A stretch of 32,000 nt of DNA from Pelagibacter phage HTVC112P, in the sequence record MN698246.1. One strand, 5' to 3'. The translations under genes and the position numbers were made by a program. Positions 7,603 to 16,565 of this stretch are shown in pieces (the first letter of the stretch is position 1; every line of letters starts with the position of its first letter). The notes beneath the pieces were generated by a model. The model saw nothing but the letters and a program-made list of their open reading frames with translations, did no database searches and was not told where the DNA came from.

Positions 7603-8507
7603 AAACAATACATGTTAAACCTAAACTATCCGAAGAAGAAATAAAAGAGTTAGAGGGTACTTTTTTAGACGAAAGCCACATAGACCATTTGGTTAATGAC
7701 GATACGATAGTATATAATGAAAAGAATGAGCCTCTATTAGTATTTAAAAAAAACTGTATCCCTAGCAATCACATAAAACTTGCTTATCCTGTACTTAAAA
7801 AAGCCATAGGAAAGACTAGTAATCGTGGTAAAGCTGGTGGTAATCACAATTTTAAAGTTGGAGATGTTGTTGATGGCTCTGTTGTTGGTAAAGTATTAAG
7901 TGGTAATAGATTTGTACCTTTAAAAAGAGATGGAACTTTGTCTAATTCTCCTAAATCAAAAAACGTAGATTCTAGCATTATTGGTTATGCTGATAGATAC
8001 CCTAGAATACCTTATTGCAGACAAACAGCTTTTACCGAAAAAAATTTTAATGTTTATAAAAACGCTTTACCTTATATACAAAGTATTTCCAAAGTATTTA
8101 AAGAAGCATTACCAGAAAGATGGGCTAATCAAAAAGCACAATGGGATAAAACAAGTAAAGATTTTAGAATACACGATACAGTATTTACAACTATAACAGT
8201 AAATAAAAATTTCCGTACAGCTTCACATTATGACAAAGGCGATCTAAAAGAGGGTTTCGGAAATTTAGCAGTGTTACAAACAGGGGAATACACAGGTGGT
8301 TATACTGTCATTCCTAAATATGGCGTAGCTGTTGACGTTAGAACTTGCGATGTAGCGTTCTTTGATGTTCACGAATTACATGGTAATACTGAAATTAAAT
8401 CAAAACAACCTTATGAACGAATATCAGTTATTTGTTATTACAGAGAAAAAATGATTGATTGTGGAACAGCTGAGGAAGAACTAAATAGGATTAAACATGC
8501 TAGATAA
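7599..8507 (+). CDS. TET/JBP-family 2-oxoglutarate/Fe(II) dioxygenase (DNA pyrimidine hydroxylase candidate)
   Basis: NKNFRTASHYDKGDLKEGFGNLAVLQTGEYTGGYTVIPKYGVAVDVRTCDVAFFDVHELHGNTEI...YERISVICYYREKM: HxD, distal H and 2OG-binding R in TET/JBP context. Confidence 0.85.
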   Translation: MKTIHVKPKLSEEEIKELEGTFLDESHIDHLVNDDTIVYNEKNEPLLVFKKNCIPSNHIKLAYPVLKKAIGKTSNRGKAGGNHNFKVGDVVDGSVVGKVLSGNRFVPLKRDGTLSNSPKSKNVDSSIIGYADRYPRIPYCRQTAFTEKNFNVYKNALPYIQSISKVFKEALPERWANQKAQWDKTSKDFRIHDTVFTTITVNKNFRTASHYDKGDLKEGFGNLAVLQTGEYTGGYTVIPKYGVAVDVRTCDVAFFDVHELHGNTEIKSKQPYERISVICYYREKMIDCGTAEEELNRIKHAR

Positions 8508-9195
8508 ATTTATATACAGAAAAAATACAACTGACGAAAACGTCATGAAAGAAATATTAGATAAACAAGCATATAGAAAAAAGAAACTTAACTTTGGTAT
8601 AAGTGAAGATGATGTATGGCTTGATGGGGGCGCACATATTGGTATCTTTGGTTTATATGTAGCCCAGAATAAAGGTAAAAAAGTTTATTGTTATGAGCCT
8701 GAAGAAGAAAATTTTCAAATTTTATCTAAAAACGCCTCATTAATTAATTCAACTTACAACACACAAATAGAGTGTTTTAAGTATGCTATTAATCAAAATG
8801 GTGGTACACATCAATTTACTATCGCACCTAACACTTGGCGACATTCTCTAATGACACACTATAAGAAGAAACTACCAACAGTAGAAATAGAGTGTAAAAA
8901 AATTGACGACATATTATCTACATATACAGATATAAATGCAATTAAATTAGATATTGAGGGGTCTGAACTAGAGATATTCGATTTTGAACACAATTTTGCC
9001 AATATTAATAAACTTGTATTCGAATATTCTTTTACTAAAGATAGAAACATGGATAATTTTTTTAGACGTGCTGATATACTTTCAAAACATTTTCACGTGG
9101 ATATTCAAAAAAGTTATCATAATCAAAAATATCAAGGTAAAGAGGGTTTTTGGGGTGGATTTATAGATTCTATTGTATATTGTGTGAGGAAGTAA
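8497..9195 (+). CDS. FkbM-family SAM-dependent methyltransferase
   Basis: DGGAHIGIFGLYVAQNKGKKVYCYEPEEENFQIL...IDDILSTYTDINAIKLDIEGSELEIF. Confidence 0.85.
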   Translation: MLDKFIYRKNTTDENVMKEILDKQAYRKKKLNFGISEDDVWLDGGAHIGIFGLYVAQNKGKKVYCYEPEEENFQILSKNASLINSTYNTQIECFKYAINQNGGTHQFTIAPNTWRHSLMTHYKKKLPTVEIECKKIDDILSTYTDINAIKLDIEGSELEIFDFEHNFANINKLVFEYSFTKDRNMDNFFRRADILSKHFHVDIQKSYHNQKYQGKEGFWGGFIDSIVYCVRK

Positions 9196-9205
9196 AAAGG
9201 ACATA

Positions 9206-9541
9206 ATGGCAAGACCACTAAAAAAAATAGACCCAGAGGCTATAAAGAAATTAGCCCAATTACATTGTACTTTTGACGAGATTGCAGAATTTTCTGGAGT
9301 TTCTACAAAGACTTTACAGAGGAGATATGTCCACCTTATAAAAAAGGGTCGTCAGATGGGCAAAATAAGTTTAAGAAGAGCGCAATTCGAAAAAGCATTA
9401 GGTGGTAATGTTGTTATGCAAATTTGGTTAGGAAAACAACATTTAGATCAAAGAGATAAAATCGAACAAACAACATTTAACGAACCATTGCCATTAATAA
9501 TTAATGCTAGACCTGATGAAATAGACGATGGCAAAAAGTAA
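9206..9541 (+). CDS. HTH protein, probable terminase small subunit/packaging protein
   Basis: CTFDEIAEFSGVSTKTLQRRY...SLRRAQFEKALGGNVVMQIWLGKQHLDQRDK; located upstream of the large terminase. Confidence 0.6.
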   Translation: MARPLKKIDPEAIKKLAQLHCTFDEIAEFSGVSTKTLQRRYVHLIKKGRQMGKISLRRAQFEKALGGNVVMQIWLGKQHLDQRDKIEQTTFNEPLPLIINARPDEIDDGKK

Positions 9542-9683
9542 AGGTAATGTATTCGGTGCAGTTATTAACTACACTAAAACAGAAAAAGGAACATCAATTG
9601 GCAGACGACCTATAACTTCAACATTAAACAAACATAAACGCAGACAACAAGGAAAAGGTAAATATCGTGGACAAGGAAAGTAA
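9528..9683 (+). CDS. 51-aa basic hypothetical protein (not in ORF track)
   Basis: MAKSKGNVFGAVINYTKTEKGTSIGRRPITSTLNKHKRRQQGKGKYRGQGK*; overlaps the end of the upstream gene. Confidence 0.5.
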   Translation: MAKSKGNVFGAVINYTKTEKGTSIGRRPITSTLNKHKRRQQGKGKYRGQGK

Positions 9684-9810
9684 GGAATACAATCAACTTA
9701 AATCAGAATTAGAATTAATAAAAAAACAAAGAGATATAGCTTTAAGGAAATTAAACAAAGCATTACAAATAGCAAAAGATTTAAGAAAATTAATAGAGCA
9801 TAATCAATAG
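9667..9810 (+). CDS. 47-aa coiled-coil-like protein with GTG start (not in ORF track)
   Basis: VDKESKEYNQLKSELELIKKQRDIALRKLNKALQIAKDLRKLIEHNQ*; overlaps upstream small ORF. Confidence 0.4.
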   Translation: MDKESKEYNQLKSELELIKKQRDIALRKLNKALQIAKDLRKLIEHNQ

Positions 9811-9845
9811 TTTAAATTTAATAGCTATTATGATAAAAGCCATTT

Positions 9846-10118
9846 ATGGCTAAATATAAAAACAAAACTGTAAAACTTAACAAACCATCAAGAGGAGATG
9901 TTAAGAAGTTTAAAGTATTCGTAAAAGACAGAAGTACAGGCAGAGTTAAAAAGGTTAATTTTGGCTCTAAAACTATGTCTATCAAGAAAAATATACCAGC
10001 TAGACAAAGAAGTTTCTTTGCAAGATTCAGACCAATACTTGCTAAAGTAAAAGGTCAAAAGAATTTATCTCCAGCATATTGGGCAATTCAATCATGGAAA
10101 AAAGGGTTTAAGATATGA
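9846..10118 (+). CDS. basic conserved-type phage hypothetical protein
   Basis: 90 aa, MAKYKNKTVKLNKPSRGDVKKFKVFVKDRSTGRVKKVNFGSKTM; resembles small basic proteins recalled from marine phages. Confidence 0.65.
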   Translation: MAKYKNKTVKLNKPSRGDVKKFKVFVKDRSTGRVKKVNFGSKTMSIKKNIPARQRSFFARFRPILAKVKGQKNLSPAYWAIQSWKKGFKI

Positions 10119-10279
10119 GAGATAATAAAATTTTAGAAAAATTTACAAAAGATAGTCAAAAGAAATGGAAAGAGATGCAACTTTTTATAAATTTAAAAAA
10201 AGAAGTAAATCATGGTGCTAATGGCACTAAAGAATATGTAATTAAAAAAGGTATTAATAAAGGTAAGATTGCTAAATGA
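10115..10279 (+). CDS. 54-aa hypothetical protein (not in ORF track)
   Basis: MRDNKILEKFTKDSQKKWKEMQLFINLKKEVNHGANGTKEYVIKKGINKGKIAK*; coupled to both neighbours (ATGA-type overlaps). Confidence 0.5.
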   Translation: MRDNKILEKFTKDSQKKWKEMQLFINLKKEVNHGANGTKEYVIKKGINKGKIAK

Positions 10280-10359
10280 GGTTAAACATGAACTATTATT
10301 TTACAGGTGGTATCATTATATTATTTGTCTTACTAACAATGTTGGTTGCACCACTATGA
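10276..10359 (+). CDS. 27-aa putative single-span membrane peptide (not in ORF track)
   Basis: MRLNMNYYFTGGIIILFVLLTMLVAPL*; ATGA overlaps on both sides. Confidence 0.35.
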   Translation: MRLNMNYYFTGGIIILFVLLTMLVAPL

Positions 10360-10592
10360 AAAAAACTACTAAAAAAGATACTCCAACTATTACTAATGTA
10401 TTAGTACAAGCAGTAAACGATATGAGTTCTAAACTACATAGAGTTCACAAAGATGTTGCCAATAATTCTAAAGACATAAACGAACTTAAACAGCAAGTAA
10501 GTTTTAGTAAAGGTGCAGTTAAAGTATTGTTATGGTTAGCTGGTGCATTAACAACTATTATGGCTATCTTTCAATGGATAGGTACAAGATGA
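10356..10592 (+). CDS. XhlA-like holin/hemolysin-accessory membrane protein
   Basis: MKKTTKKDTPTITNVLVQAVNDMSSKLHRVHKDVANNSKDINELKQQVSFSKGAVKVLLWLAGALTTIMAIFQWIGTR; coiled coil plus C-terminal TM. Trimmed from ORF 10269..10592 to the coupled ATG. Confidence 0.45.
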   Translation: MKKTTKKDTPTITNVLVQAVNDMSSKLHRVHKDVANNSKDINELKQQVSFSKGAVKVLLWLAGALTTIMAIFQWIGTR

Positions 10593-10771
10593 AAAAAAAC
10601 CAATGGGTATTACCTGTGTTAGGAACTATTCTTTTAGGACTATCTTCTTATGTGTTAATGACTATAGTAGAATTACAAGTACATTTAGGAATGTTAAGCG
10701 AGGAAATTATGTCTATAGATAAACAGATAGGTAGAATTTATAATCACATGGATAGGCTAACAAGCAAATGA
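10589..10771 (+). CDS. small membrane protein, possible holin/antiholin partner
   Basis: MKKNQWVLPVLGTILLGLSSYVLMTIVELQVHLGMLSEEIMSIDKQ...; N-terminal TM. Trimmed from ORF 10532..10771 to the coupled ATG. Confidence 0.45.
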   Translation: MKKNQWVLPVLGTILLGLSSYVLMTIVELQVHLGMLSEEIMSIDKQIGRIYNHMDRLTSK

Positions 10772-10989
10772 AATTCGTTTTAGCTTATACAATCTGCTCA
10801 GCAATAACAGGATTTTGTAATACACCAGCAGTACACCCTGTTAAATTTAACACATGGACAGATTGCACAAAAAATGGTGCTATGGTAACAATCAAAGTTA
10901 CAAACGAATACAAAGAAAAATTTAACAAAGAAAAATTATATATATCTTATTTTTGTAATGAACATCACACTAACGAAACCCCAACATAA
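10768..10989 (+). CDS. putative exported small protein
   Basis: 73 aa; hydrophobic N-terminus MKFVLAYTICSAITG, four Cys. Confidence 0.5.
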   Translation: MKFVLAYTICSAITGFCNTPAVHPVKFNTWTDCTKNGAMVTIKVTNEYKEKFNKEKLYISYFCNEHHTNETPT

Positions 10990-12196
10990 AGTTTCATCAA
11001 GTAATAAAAGATTTAGAGTTTTAGTATCAGGTCGAAGATTTGGTAAAACTTATTTATGTATTACTGAAATGATGAAGTATGCAACTCAAATTAATAAAAA
11101 AATCTGGTATGTAGCACCTACATTTAAAATGGCTAAAGAAATCGTATGGTCTAATTTAAAAGATATGCTTTCACAATTTAATTGGATTGATACTATTAAT
11201 GAATCTAACATGACAATAACAATTAAAAAAACAGGTAGTAAAATATCCTTAAAAGGTTGTGATAATTATGATGGTCTGCGTGGAGTAGGATTAGATTTTT
11301 TAATACTAGATGAATTTGCAGACATTGAAGAAAAAGCATGGACAGAGGTCTTGAGAGCATCTGTATCTGACACAGAGGGTGATGTACTAATGTGTGGCTC
11401 TCCAAAGGGCTATGGTAATTGGTCTTATAGAATGTACCTCAAAGGACAACAGGGCGACAGAGAGTGGGATAGTTTTCAATTTACTACCTTGCAAGGTGGA
11501 ATGGTATCTCAAGAAGAAATAGAGCAAGCTAAACAAGACATCGACATACGAACTTTTAGGCAAGAGTTTGAGGGTACTTTCGAAAATTATGCAGGGAGTG
11601 TCTATTATAATTTCCACCCTGTAGAAAGTGTAGTTAAAAAAGACATAGATTGGACTAAACCTTTACATATTGGCATGGACTTTAATGTGGATCCAATGAG
11701 TGCTTGTGTAGGACAAATAGAAAAAGATAAAATATTTTTTTTAGATGAAGTAATTATTTATTCAAGCAATACTGATGAAATGGTAGAAGAAATAAGAAAC
11801 AGATACGGAACTAAGATACCTATTTTTATTTATCCTGACCCAGCCTCAAGACAAAGAAAAACATCTGCTGGTGGTAGAACTGATTTAAGCATATTACAAA
11901 ATGCAGGATTTAAAGTTAAATGTAAATTAAAACACCCAGCTGTTCGAGATCGAATAAATGCTGTTAATAGCAAACTAAAAGATTCTAATGGGAATAGGCA
12001 TATTTTTGTTTCACAATCGTGTAAAACTATTGTAAAAGGATTGCAACGACAAATTTACAAGGAGAATACAAATATTCCTGACAAGGAAGATGGTTTTGAT
12101 CACATGAATGACGCAATAGGTTACATGATCGATTTTTTAAAACCACTTACAACTCAGGCAGTATTTTCTAGACCAACAAGATGGGCAATTAAATAG
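10958..12196 (+). CDS. terL: terminase large subunit
   Basis: Walker A-like VSGRRFGKT, Walker B LDFLILDEFAD, coupling motif SPKGYGNW, nuclease-domain GMDFNVDPMSA and DGFDHMNDAIGY. Confidence 0.95.
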   Translation: MNITLTKPQHKVSSSNKRFRVLVSGRRFGKTYLCITEMMKYATQINKKIWYVAPTFKMAKEIVWSNLKDMLSQFNWIDTINESNMTITIKKTGSKISLKGCDNYDGLRGVGLDFLILDEFADIEEKAWTEVLRASVSDTEGDVLMCGSPKGYGNWSYRMYLKGQQGDREWDSFQFTTLQGGMVSQEEIEQAKQDIDIRTFRQEFEGTFENYAGSVYYNFHPVESVVKKDIDWTKPLHIGMDFNVDPMSACVGQIEKDKIFFLDEVIIYSSNTDEMVEEIRNRYGTKIPIFIYPDPASRQRKTSAGGRTDLSILQNAGFKVKCKLKHPAVRDRINAVNSKLKDSNGNRHIFVSQSCKTIVKGLQRQIYKENTNIPDKEDGFDHMNDAIGYMIDFLKPLTTQAVFSRPTRWAIK

Positions 12197-12198
12197 TT

Positions 12199-13611
12199 AT
12201 GGCATACTCTAAAGATCAAGCAATAGAAACTCATAAAGACTATTCAGAAACTATAAATAATTGGGAATATTACATAAGATCGTATAATGGTGGATTTGAT
12301 TATATGGTTGGTCAATATCTTAACAGATATAATTTAGAATTAGATAATGAGTTTAATCAAAGACTTGCAAACACTCCATGCGATAATCATTGTAAAAATA
12401 TTATTCAAATTTATTCATCATTTTTATTTAGAGTAAGACCAAGTAGAGATTTTAATTCTATGCAAGACGAAGCTAGTTTAGAATCATTCTTAAAAGATGC
12501 TGATCTTGAGGGTAACAATTTAAATTCAGTAATTAAAAGAGCACAAAATTATGCATCTATTTATGGTCATTGTTTTTTAATGTTAGACAAGCCTAATGTA
12601 ACTACAAATAATCAAGCAGAAGAATTAGAACAAGATATAAGACCATACCTATCAATAGTTACTCCAGAAAATGTTTTAGATTGGAATTTTGAAAGACAAG
12701 TTAATGGCAAGTATGAATTAAACTATTTAAAAATTAGAGAAGAAGTAGATAAAAATGGTGGTACTTTTATGAGGCTTTGGTATCCAGACAGAATAGATAC
12801 TATTTACATGGAAGAAAGAGAAGAGCCTAGATTAATAGATACTGTTCCTAATATGATTGGCAAAATACCAGCAGTTATTTTATATAATGCTAAATCTCAT
12901 AAAAGAGGCATTGGTCAATCAGATTTAACTGACATAGCTGATTTACAAAAATCTATTTACAATGAATATTCTGAGATGGAACAATTAATAAGATTAACTA
13001 ACCACCCAAGCCTAGTTAAAACTCCTAGTGTAAATGCTAGTGCTGGTGCTGGTGCAGTTATAGAAATGCCTGATGAAATGGAACCTAATTTAAAACCATA
13101 TCTATTACAACCATCTGGTCAAAATTTAACTGCTATTATGGATTCAATAAATAACAAAGTAGAATCAATAAATAGAATTGCACATACAGGTGCTATTAGA
13201 TCAACAAAAACTCAAGTATCATCTGGTATAGCTTTACAAACAGAATTTGAATTATTAAATGCAAGACTATCTGAGAAAGCTGATAACTTACAAATAGCAG
13301 AGGAACAATTATTTAAACTTTATGCAATATTTCAAAACACTACATTTGATGGAGAAATAAATTATCCTGATTCATTTAACATTAGAGATTATGCTAGTGA
13401 CCTTATGTATTACCAACAAGCTAAATCTTTAGATATAGGTTCGCCTACATTTGCTAAAGAAGTAGACAAAGAAATTGCAAGATCAGTAGTTGATGATGAT
13501 AATAAATTAAATGATATATTTGATGAGATAGATGCTAAATCTGAAGTAGGAGAATTTACACAAGATGAAGTAGTACAAGAAGATCAAGAAGTAGAACAAG
13601 AACAAATTTAA
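12199..13611 (+). CDS. portal protein
   Basis: 470 aa immediately after terL; QADLTDIADLQKSIYNEYSEMEQLIRLTNHPSLVK and SSGIALQTEFELLNARLSEKADNLQIAEEQLFKLY as in SPP1-type portals. Confidence 0.85.
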   Translation: MAYSKDQAIETHKDYSETINNWEYYIRSYNGGFDYMVGQYLNRYNLELDNEFNQRLANTPCDNHCKNIIQIYSSFLFRVRPSRDFNSMQDEASLESFLKDADLEGNNLNSVIKRAQNYASIYGHCFLMLDKPNVTTNNQAEELEQDIRPYLSIVTPENVLDWNFERQVNGKYELNYLKIREEVDKNGGTFMRLWYPDRIDTIYMEEREEPRLIDTVPNMIGKIPAVILYNAKSHKRGIGQSDLTDIADLQKSIYNEYSEMEQLIRLTNHPSLVKTPSVNASAGAGAVIEMPDEMEPNLKPYLLQPSGQNLTAIMDSINNKVESINRIAHTGAIRSTKTQVSSGIALQTEFELLNARLSEKADNLQIAEEQLFKLYAIFQNTTFDGEINYPDSFNIRDYASDLMYYQQAKSLDIGSPTFAKEVDKEIARSVVDDDNKLNDIFDEIDAKSEVGEFTQDEVVQEDQEVEQEQI

Positions 13612-13614
13612 TGA

Positions 13615-14637
13615 ATGTCCGATATAGTCAAAGATGCAACTTTTTATCGAATTAAGCAAATAGAAATTGCAGAAGCAAAATATTACGAAACTTTAATAGC
13701 AACATTAGATAGGATAGAGCGAGAAGTAGTATCACTTGCTAGTAGATTACCTTTAACAGATGGAAAGTTAATTGAATTACAATCAGCTATTGCTATTAGA
13801 CCACAAATAAAAGCTATACTTGAAAGAGAATATTTAAAATGGTCTGATACAATTGTACGAGAGGGATTTAATAAACAAGCTAAAAGAATAAAAAAAGGAT
13901 TTCAAGCTGTCTTAGAAAAAGCTAGAATAAAAAATAAATTATCAGCAGAAGATTTAGCTAAATTTTCAGAACTTACTAAAGGCGATAAAGCATTAATACA
14001 AAATTTAAAACAACAATACTTTACACAGTTTAAAGATGTATCAAATACATTTACAAGAAGATTATCAGAAAAGGTTTATCAAAACACATTAGTTGGTTCA
14101 GAATTTACTGTATTAGAAAAAGAACTAAGACAAACTATAAATGGTATTTATGCTAGTGCAGATGACCCAGAAGCACAAAAGTTAATTAACTATATTAATA
14201 AAAATAAGTTTAACAAATCAAGGAAAACATTAGTAGAACAAAAAATACAGCTTTTACAGTCTAAATTTGCTAGAGATCGTGCTGGAGAAAACATGAAAAG
14301 GTATGCTGGACAGATTTTAAATGATTCTTTAAGAGATTTTGACGCAACTATTAATTTTAATAAAGCAAATGATGCTGGATTAACTTATGTAAAATATTAT
14401 GGAGATGTAATACCCACGACGAGAGAACATTGCAGAAAGATAATTAATGGAGTATATAACAAGAGGAAAAGTGGACTTTTCACAATTGATGAAGTCAATT
14501 CACTTTGGACAAGTAGAGGTTGGAAAGGCAAGAAGTCAGGAAACCCTTTAGTTGTTAGAGGTGGTTATAATTGTCGGCATCAATGGTCTTATGTCAATCC
14601 AGATTGGTATGACAGCAAAGGCGAACTAATAATATAA
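13615..14637 (+). CDS. minor head / phage head morphogenesis protein (SPP1 gp7/Mu F-like)
   Basis: 340 aa; C-terminal REHCRKIINGVYNKRKSGLFTIDEVNSLW...GYNCRHQWSYV. Confidence 0.75.
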   Translation: MSDIVKDATFYRIKQIEIAEAKYYETLIATLDRIEREVVSLASRLPLTDGKLIELQSAIAIRPQIKAILEREYLKWSDTIVREGFNKQAKRIKKGFQAVLEKARIKNKLSAEDLAKFSELTKGDKALIQNLKQQYFTQFKDVSNTFTRRLSEKVYQNTLVGSEFTVLEKELRQTINGIYASADDPEAQKLINYINKNKFNKSRKTLVEQKIQLLQSKFARDRAGENMKRYAGQILNDSLRDFDATINFNKANDAGLTYVKYYGDVIPTTREHCRKIINGVYNKRKSGLFTIDEVNSLWTSRGWKGKKSGNPLVVRGGYNCRHQWSYVNPDWYDSKGELII

Positions 14638-14651
14638 CAATAGGAGAAACA

Positions 14652-15356
14652 ATGTCCGAAGAACAAACAAATGTTGCAACAGAAGTAAAAGCAACTGAAA
14701 CACCAAAAGAAGAAGTAAAAGTAGAAACACCTAAACAACAAACTTTTACACAAGAACAATTAGACAACATAATCAAATCAAGACTTGAAGCAGAAAAATC
14801 TAAGTATGATAAAAAACTTCAAGAAGAAGAAAATCAAAAAGCTGAACTTTTAAAAGAACAACAATTAAAAGAGGCTAAGAGTAAAGCTGATATTGAAAAG
14901 ATTATGCAAGAAAGATTATCTGAAAAAGATTCAGAATTACAAAAAGTTAAAGATCAGATTAAAAAAGAAAAAGTTGATAATTCTATTTTATCTATTGCTA
15001 ACAAAGAAAAATCTATTAATGCACAACAAGTTGTAGCTTTATTAAAAAATGAAGTTAAGTACAATGATGATGGTCGTATAGAAGTAGTTGATAATAATTC
15101 TAATGTACGATATAACGCAAATGGAGAACTACTTACAATCGAAGATAGAGTTAAGGAATTCTTAGATAGCAACCCACATTTCCGTCAAGGGTCTTTGTCT
15201 GGTTCAGGAAGTCAGAGTGCTATCGGTGGTAATACTGTAAAACCTTTTAATATTCAGGACTTAGATATGAGTAAGCAAGAAGATCGTAATAAATATGCAG
15301 AATATCGTAAAGATCGAGATTCAAAACCTACTCAAATAAACTTAACTAATAAATAA
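14652..15356 (+). CDS. capsid scaffolding protein
   Basis: Charged coiled-coil 234-aa protein with QEQLDNIIKSRLEAEK pattern immediately upstream of MCP. Confidence 0.75.
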   Translation: MSEEQTNVATEVKATETPKEEVKVETPKQQTFTQEQLDNIIKSRLEAEKSKYDKKLQEEENQKAELLKEQQLKEAKSKADIEKIMQERLSEKDSELQKVKDQIKKEKVDNSILSIANKEKSINAQQVVALLKNEVKYNDDGRIEVVDNNSNVRYNANGELLTIEDRVKEFLDSNPHFRQGSLSGSGSQSAIGGNTVKPFNIQDLDMSKQEDRNKYAEYRKDRDSKPTQINLTNK

Positions 15357-15371
15357 TAAAGGACAAATAAA

Positions 15372-16214
15372 ATGGCAAACGAAAGCACAAGTTCTACACT
15401 ATCGGAACTATATACAGAGATAGTGGCAGAAGCACAATTTGTTATTAACGAGAAATCTATAATGAAAAATCTTGTTAAAAATTATGCTATATCAGGTGGT
15501 GGAAAATCAGTAGAAGTTCCGATTTATGCGGCAGTTGCGGCAGCAGCAGTTTCAGAAGCAGCTGATTTATCAAACACAGCTATCAACCCAAGTTCAGTAA
15601 CTATTACTGCGGCTGAGGTTGGTATAATGACAACTCTGACAGACCTAGCAAGAAATTCAGCACCAAGAAATGTAGCTGGAGATATTGGTAGATTGTTTGG
15701 AGAAGCGATTGCAAAAAAAATGGATCAAGATTTACTTGCTCTATTTGATGGTTTTTCAACAGCAGTTGGAACAGACAGTGCGGCTTTATCGCCAGCAACA
15801 ATCTTTAATGCGGCATCAACTTTAAGAGCATTGGGATTACCTGTTGAAGAAACATATTGTGTATTGCACCCGAAAGTAGCTTTTGATCTTAAATCAGGAT
15901 TAACTAATACTTTTGCTGGTCTATCAACTGATCTATCAAACGAAGCATTAAGAGGTGGCTTTATTGGTCAAATCGCTGGTATCAAAATATTTGAAACTGG
16001 TAATATGTCAAATACAGGTACAGGTGGAGATTTCAAAGGTGGAATGTTCCATAAAGATGCTTTAGGTATTGCAATGATGCAAGATATTAAGATTGAAACT
16101 CAACGTGATGCTTCTTTAAGAGCAGATGAAATTGTAGCAACAGCAGTTTATGGTGTTGGCGAATTACATGATTCTTATGGTGTAGAAGTACTTGCAGATT
16201 CTTCAATACTATAA
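15372..16214 (+). CDS. major capsid protein
   Basis: 280 aa after scaffold; GKSVEVPIYAAVAAAAVSEAADLSNTAINPSSVTITAAEVGIMTTLTDLA and C-terminal RDASLRADEIVATAVYGVGELHDSYGVEVLADSS. Confidence 0.85.
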   Translation: MANESTSSTLSELYTEIVAEAQFVINEKSIMKNLVKNYAISGGGKSVEVPIYAAVAAAAVSEAADLSNTAINPSSVTITAAEVGIMTTLTDLARNSAPRNVAGDIGRLFGEAIAKKMDQDLLALFDGFSTAVGTDSAALSPATIFNAASTLRALGLPVEETYCVLHPKVAFDLKSGLTNTFAGLSTDLSNEALRGGFIGQIAGIKIFETGNMSNTGTGGDFKGGMFHKDALGIAMMQDIKIETQRDASLRADEIVATAVYGVGELHDSYGVEVLADSSIL

Positions 16215-16223
16215 TAAAACTTG

Positions 16224-16250
16224 TGGGGTGGGGTTTAAATCCCCACCTTA
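16224..16250 (+). terminator. GC-rich hairpin after MCP gene (terminator or mRNA stabilising element)
   Basis: TGGGGTGGGG-tttaaat-CCCCACCTTA: 7 perfect G/C-rich pairs plus three outer pairs (two G.T, one T-A). No U-tract follows, so classical termination is uncertain. Confidence 0.45.
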
Positions 16251-16268
16251 CCAAACAAGAGGTGTATT

Positions 16269-16466
16269 ATGAAGCTAACTAATGGCAAAAAAATTATAGA
16301 ACGAAACGAACAAGATTATCAAAAAAATATGAACACATGGACAATAAGAGGTTGGAAACCTGTAAGTAATGTTAAAGAAAATATTAAAGAAGTAGATCAA
16401 ACTTTTGAAAATGAAACAAAAGTAGTACCTATTAAATCAAAGAAAAAAAAGGCGAAAAAGAAATGA
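16269..16466 (+). CDS. hypothetical basic protein
   Basis: 65 aa, C-terminal SKKKKAKKK. Confidence 0.5.
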   Translation: MKLTNGKKIIERNEQDYQKNMNTWTIRGWKPVSNVKENIKEVDQTFENETKVVPIKSKKKKAKKK

Positions 16467-16564
16467 AAAATATAAAAAAATATATAAAATTAGCAAAGCA
16501 AAATCCTAAAGTAAGTATTGGTGTTGCTGTTGCAGTTATAATTATATTATCTTGGGTATTCTAA
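16463..16564 (+). CDS. 33-aa single-span membrane peptide (not in ORF track)
   Basis: MKNIKKYIKLAKQNPKVSIGVAVAVIIILSWVF*; coupled to upstream ORF (ATGA). Confidence 0.45.
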   Translation: MKNIKKYIKLAKQNPKVSIGVAVAVIIILSWVF

Positions 16565-16565
16565 T

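Noticed and set aside
8859-9166. ORFs on both strands inside the FkbM gene
   Set aside because: Fully contained within a well-supported methyltransferase gene; AT-rich chance frames.
9838-9851. Palindrome AGCCAT-tt-ATGGCT around the start codon at 9846
   Set aside because: Two-nt loop is sterically impossible as drawn; the feasible 4-bp stem is weak, so start-codon sequestration is not convincing.
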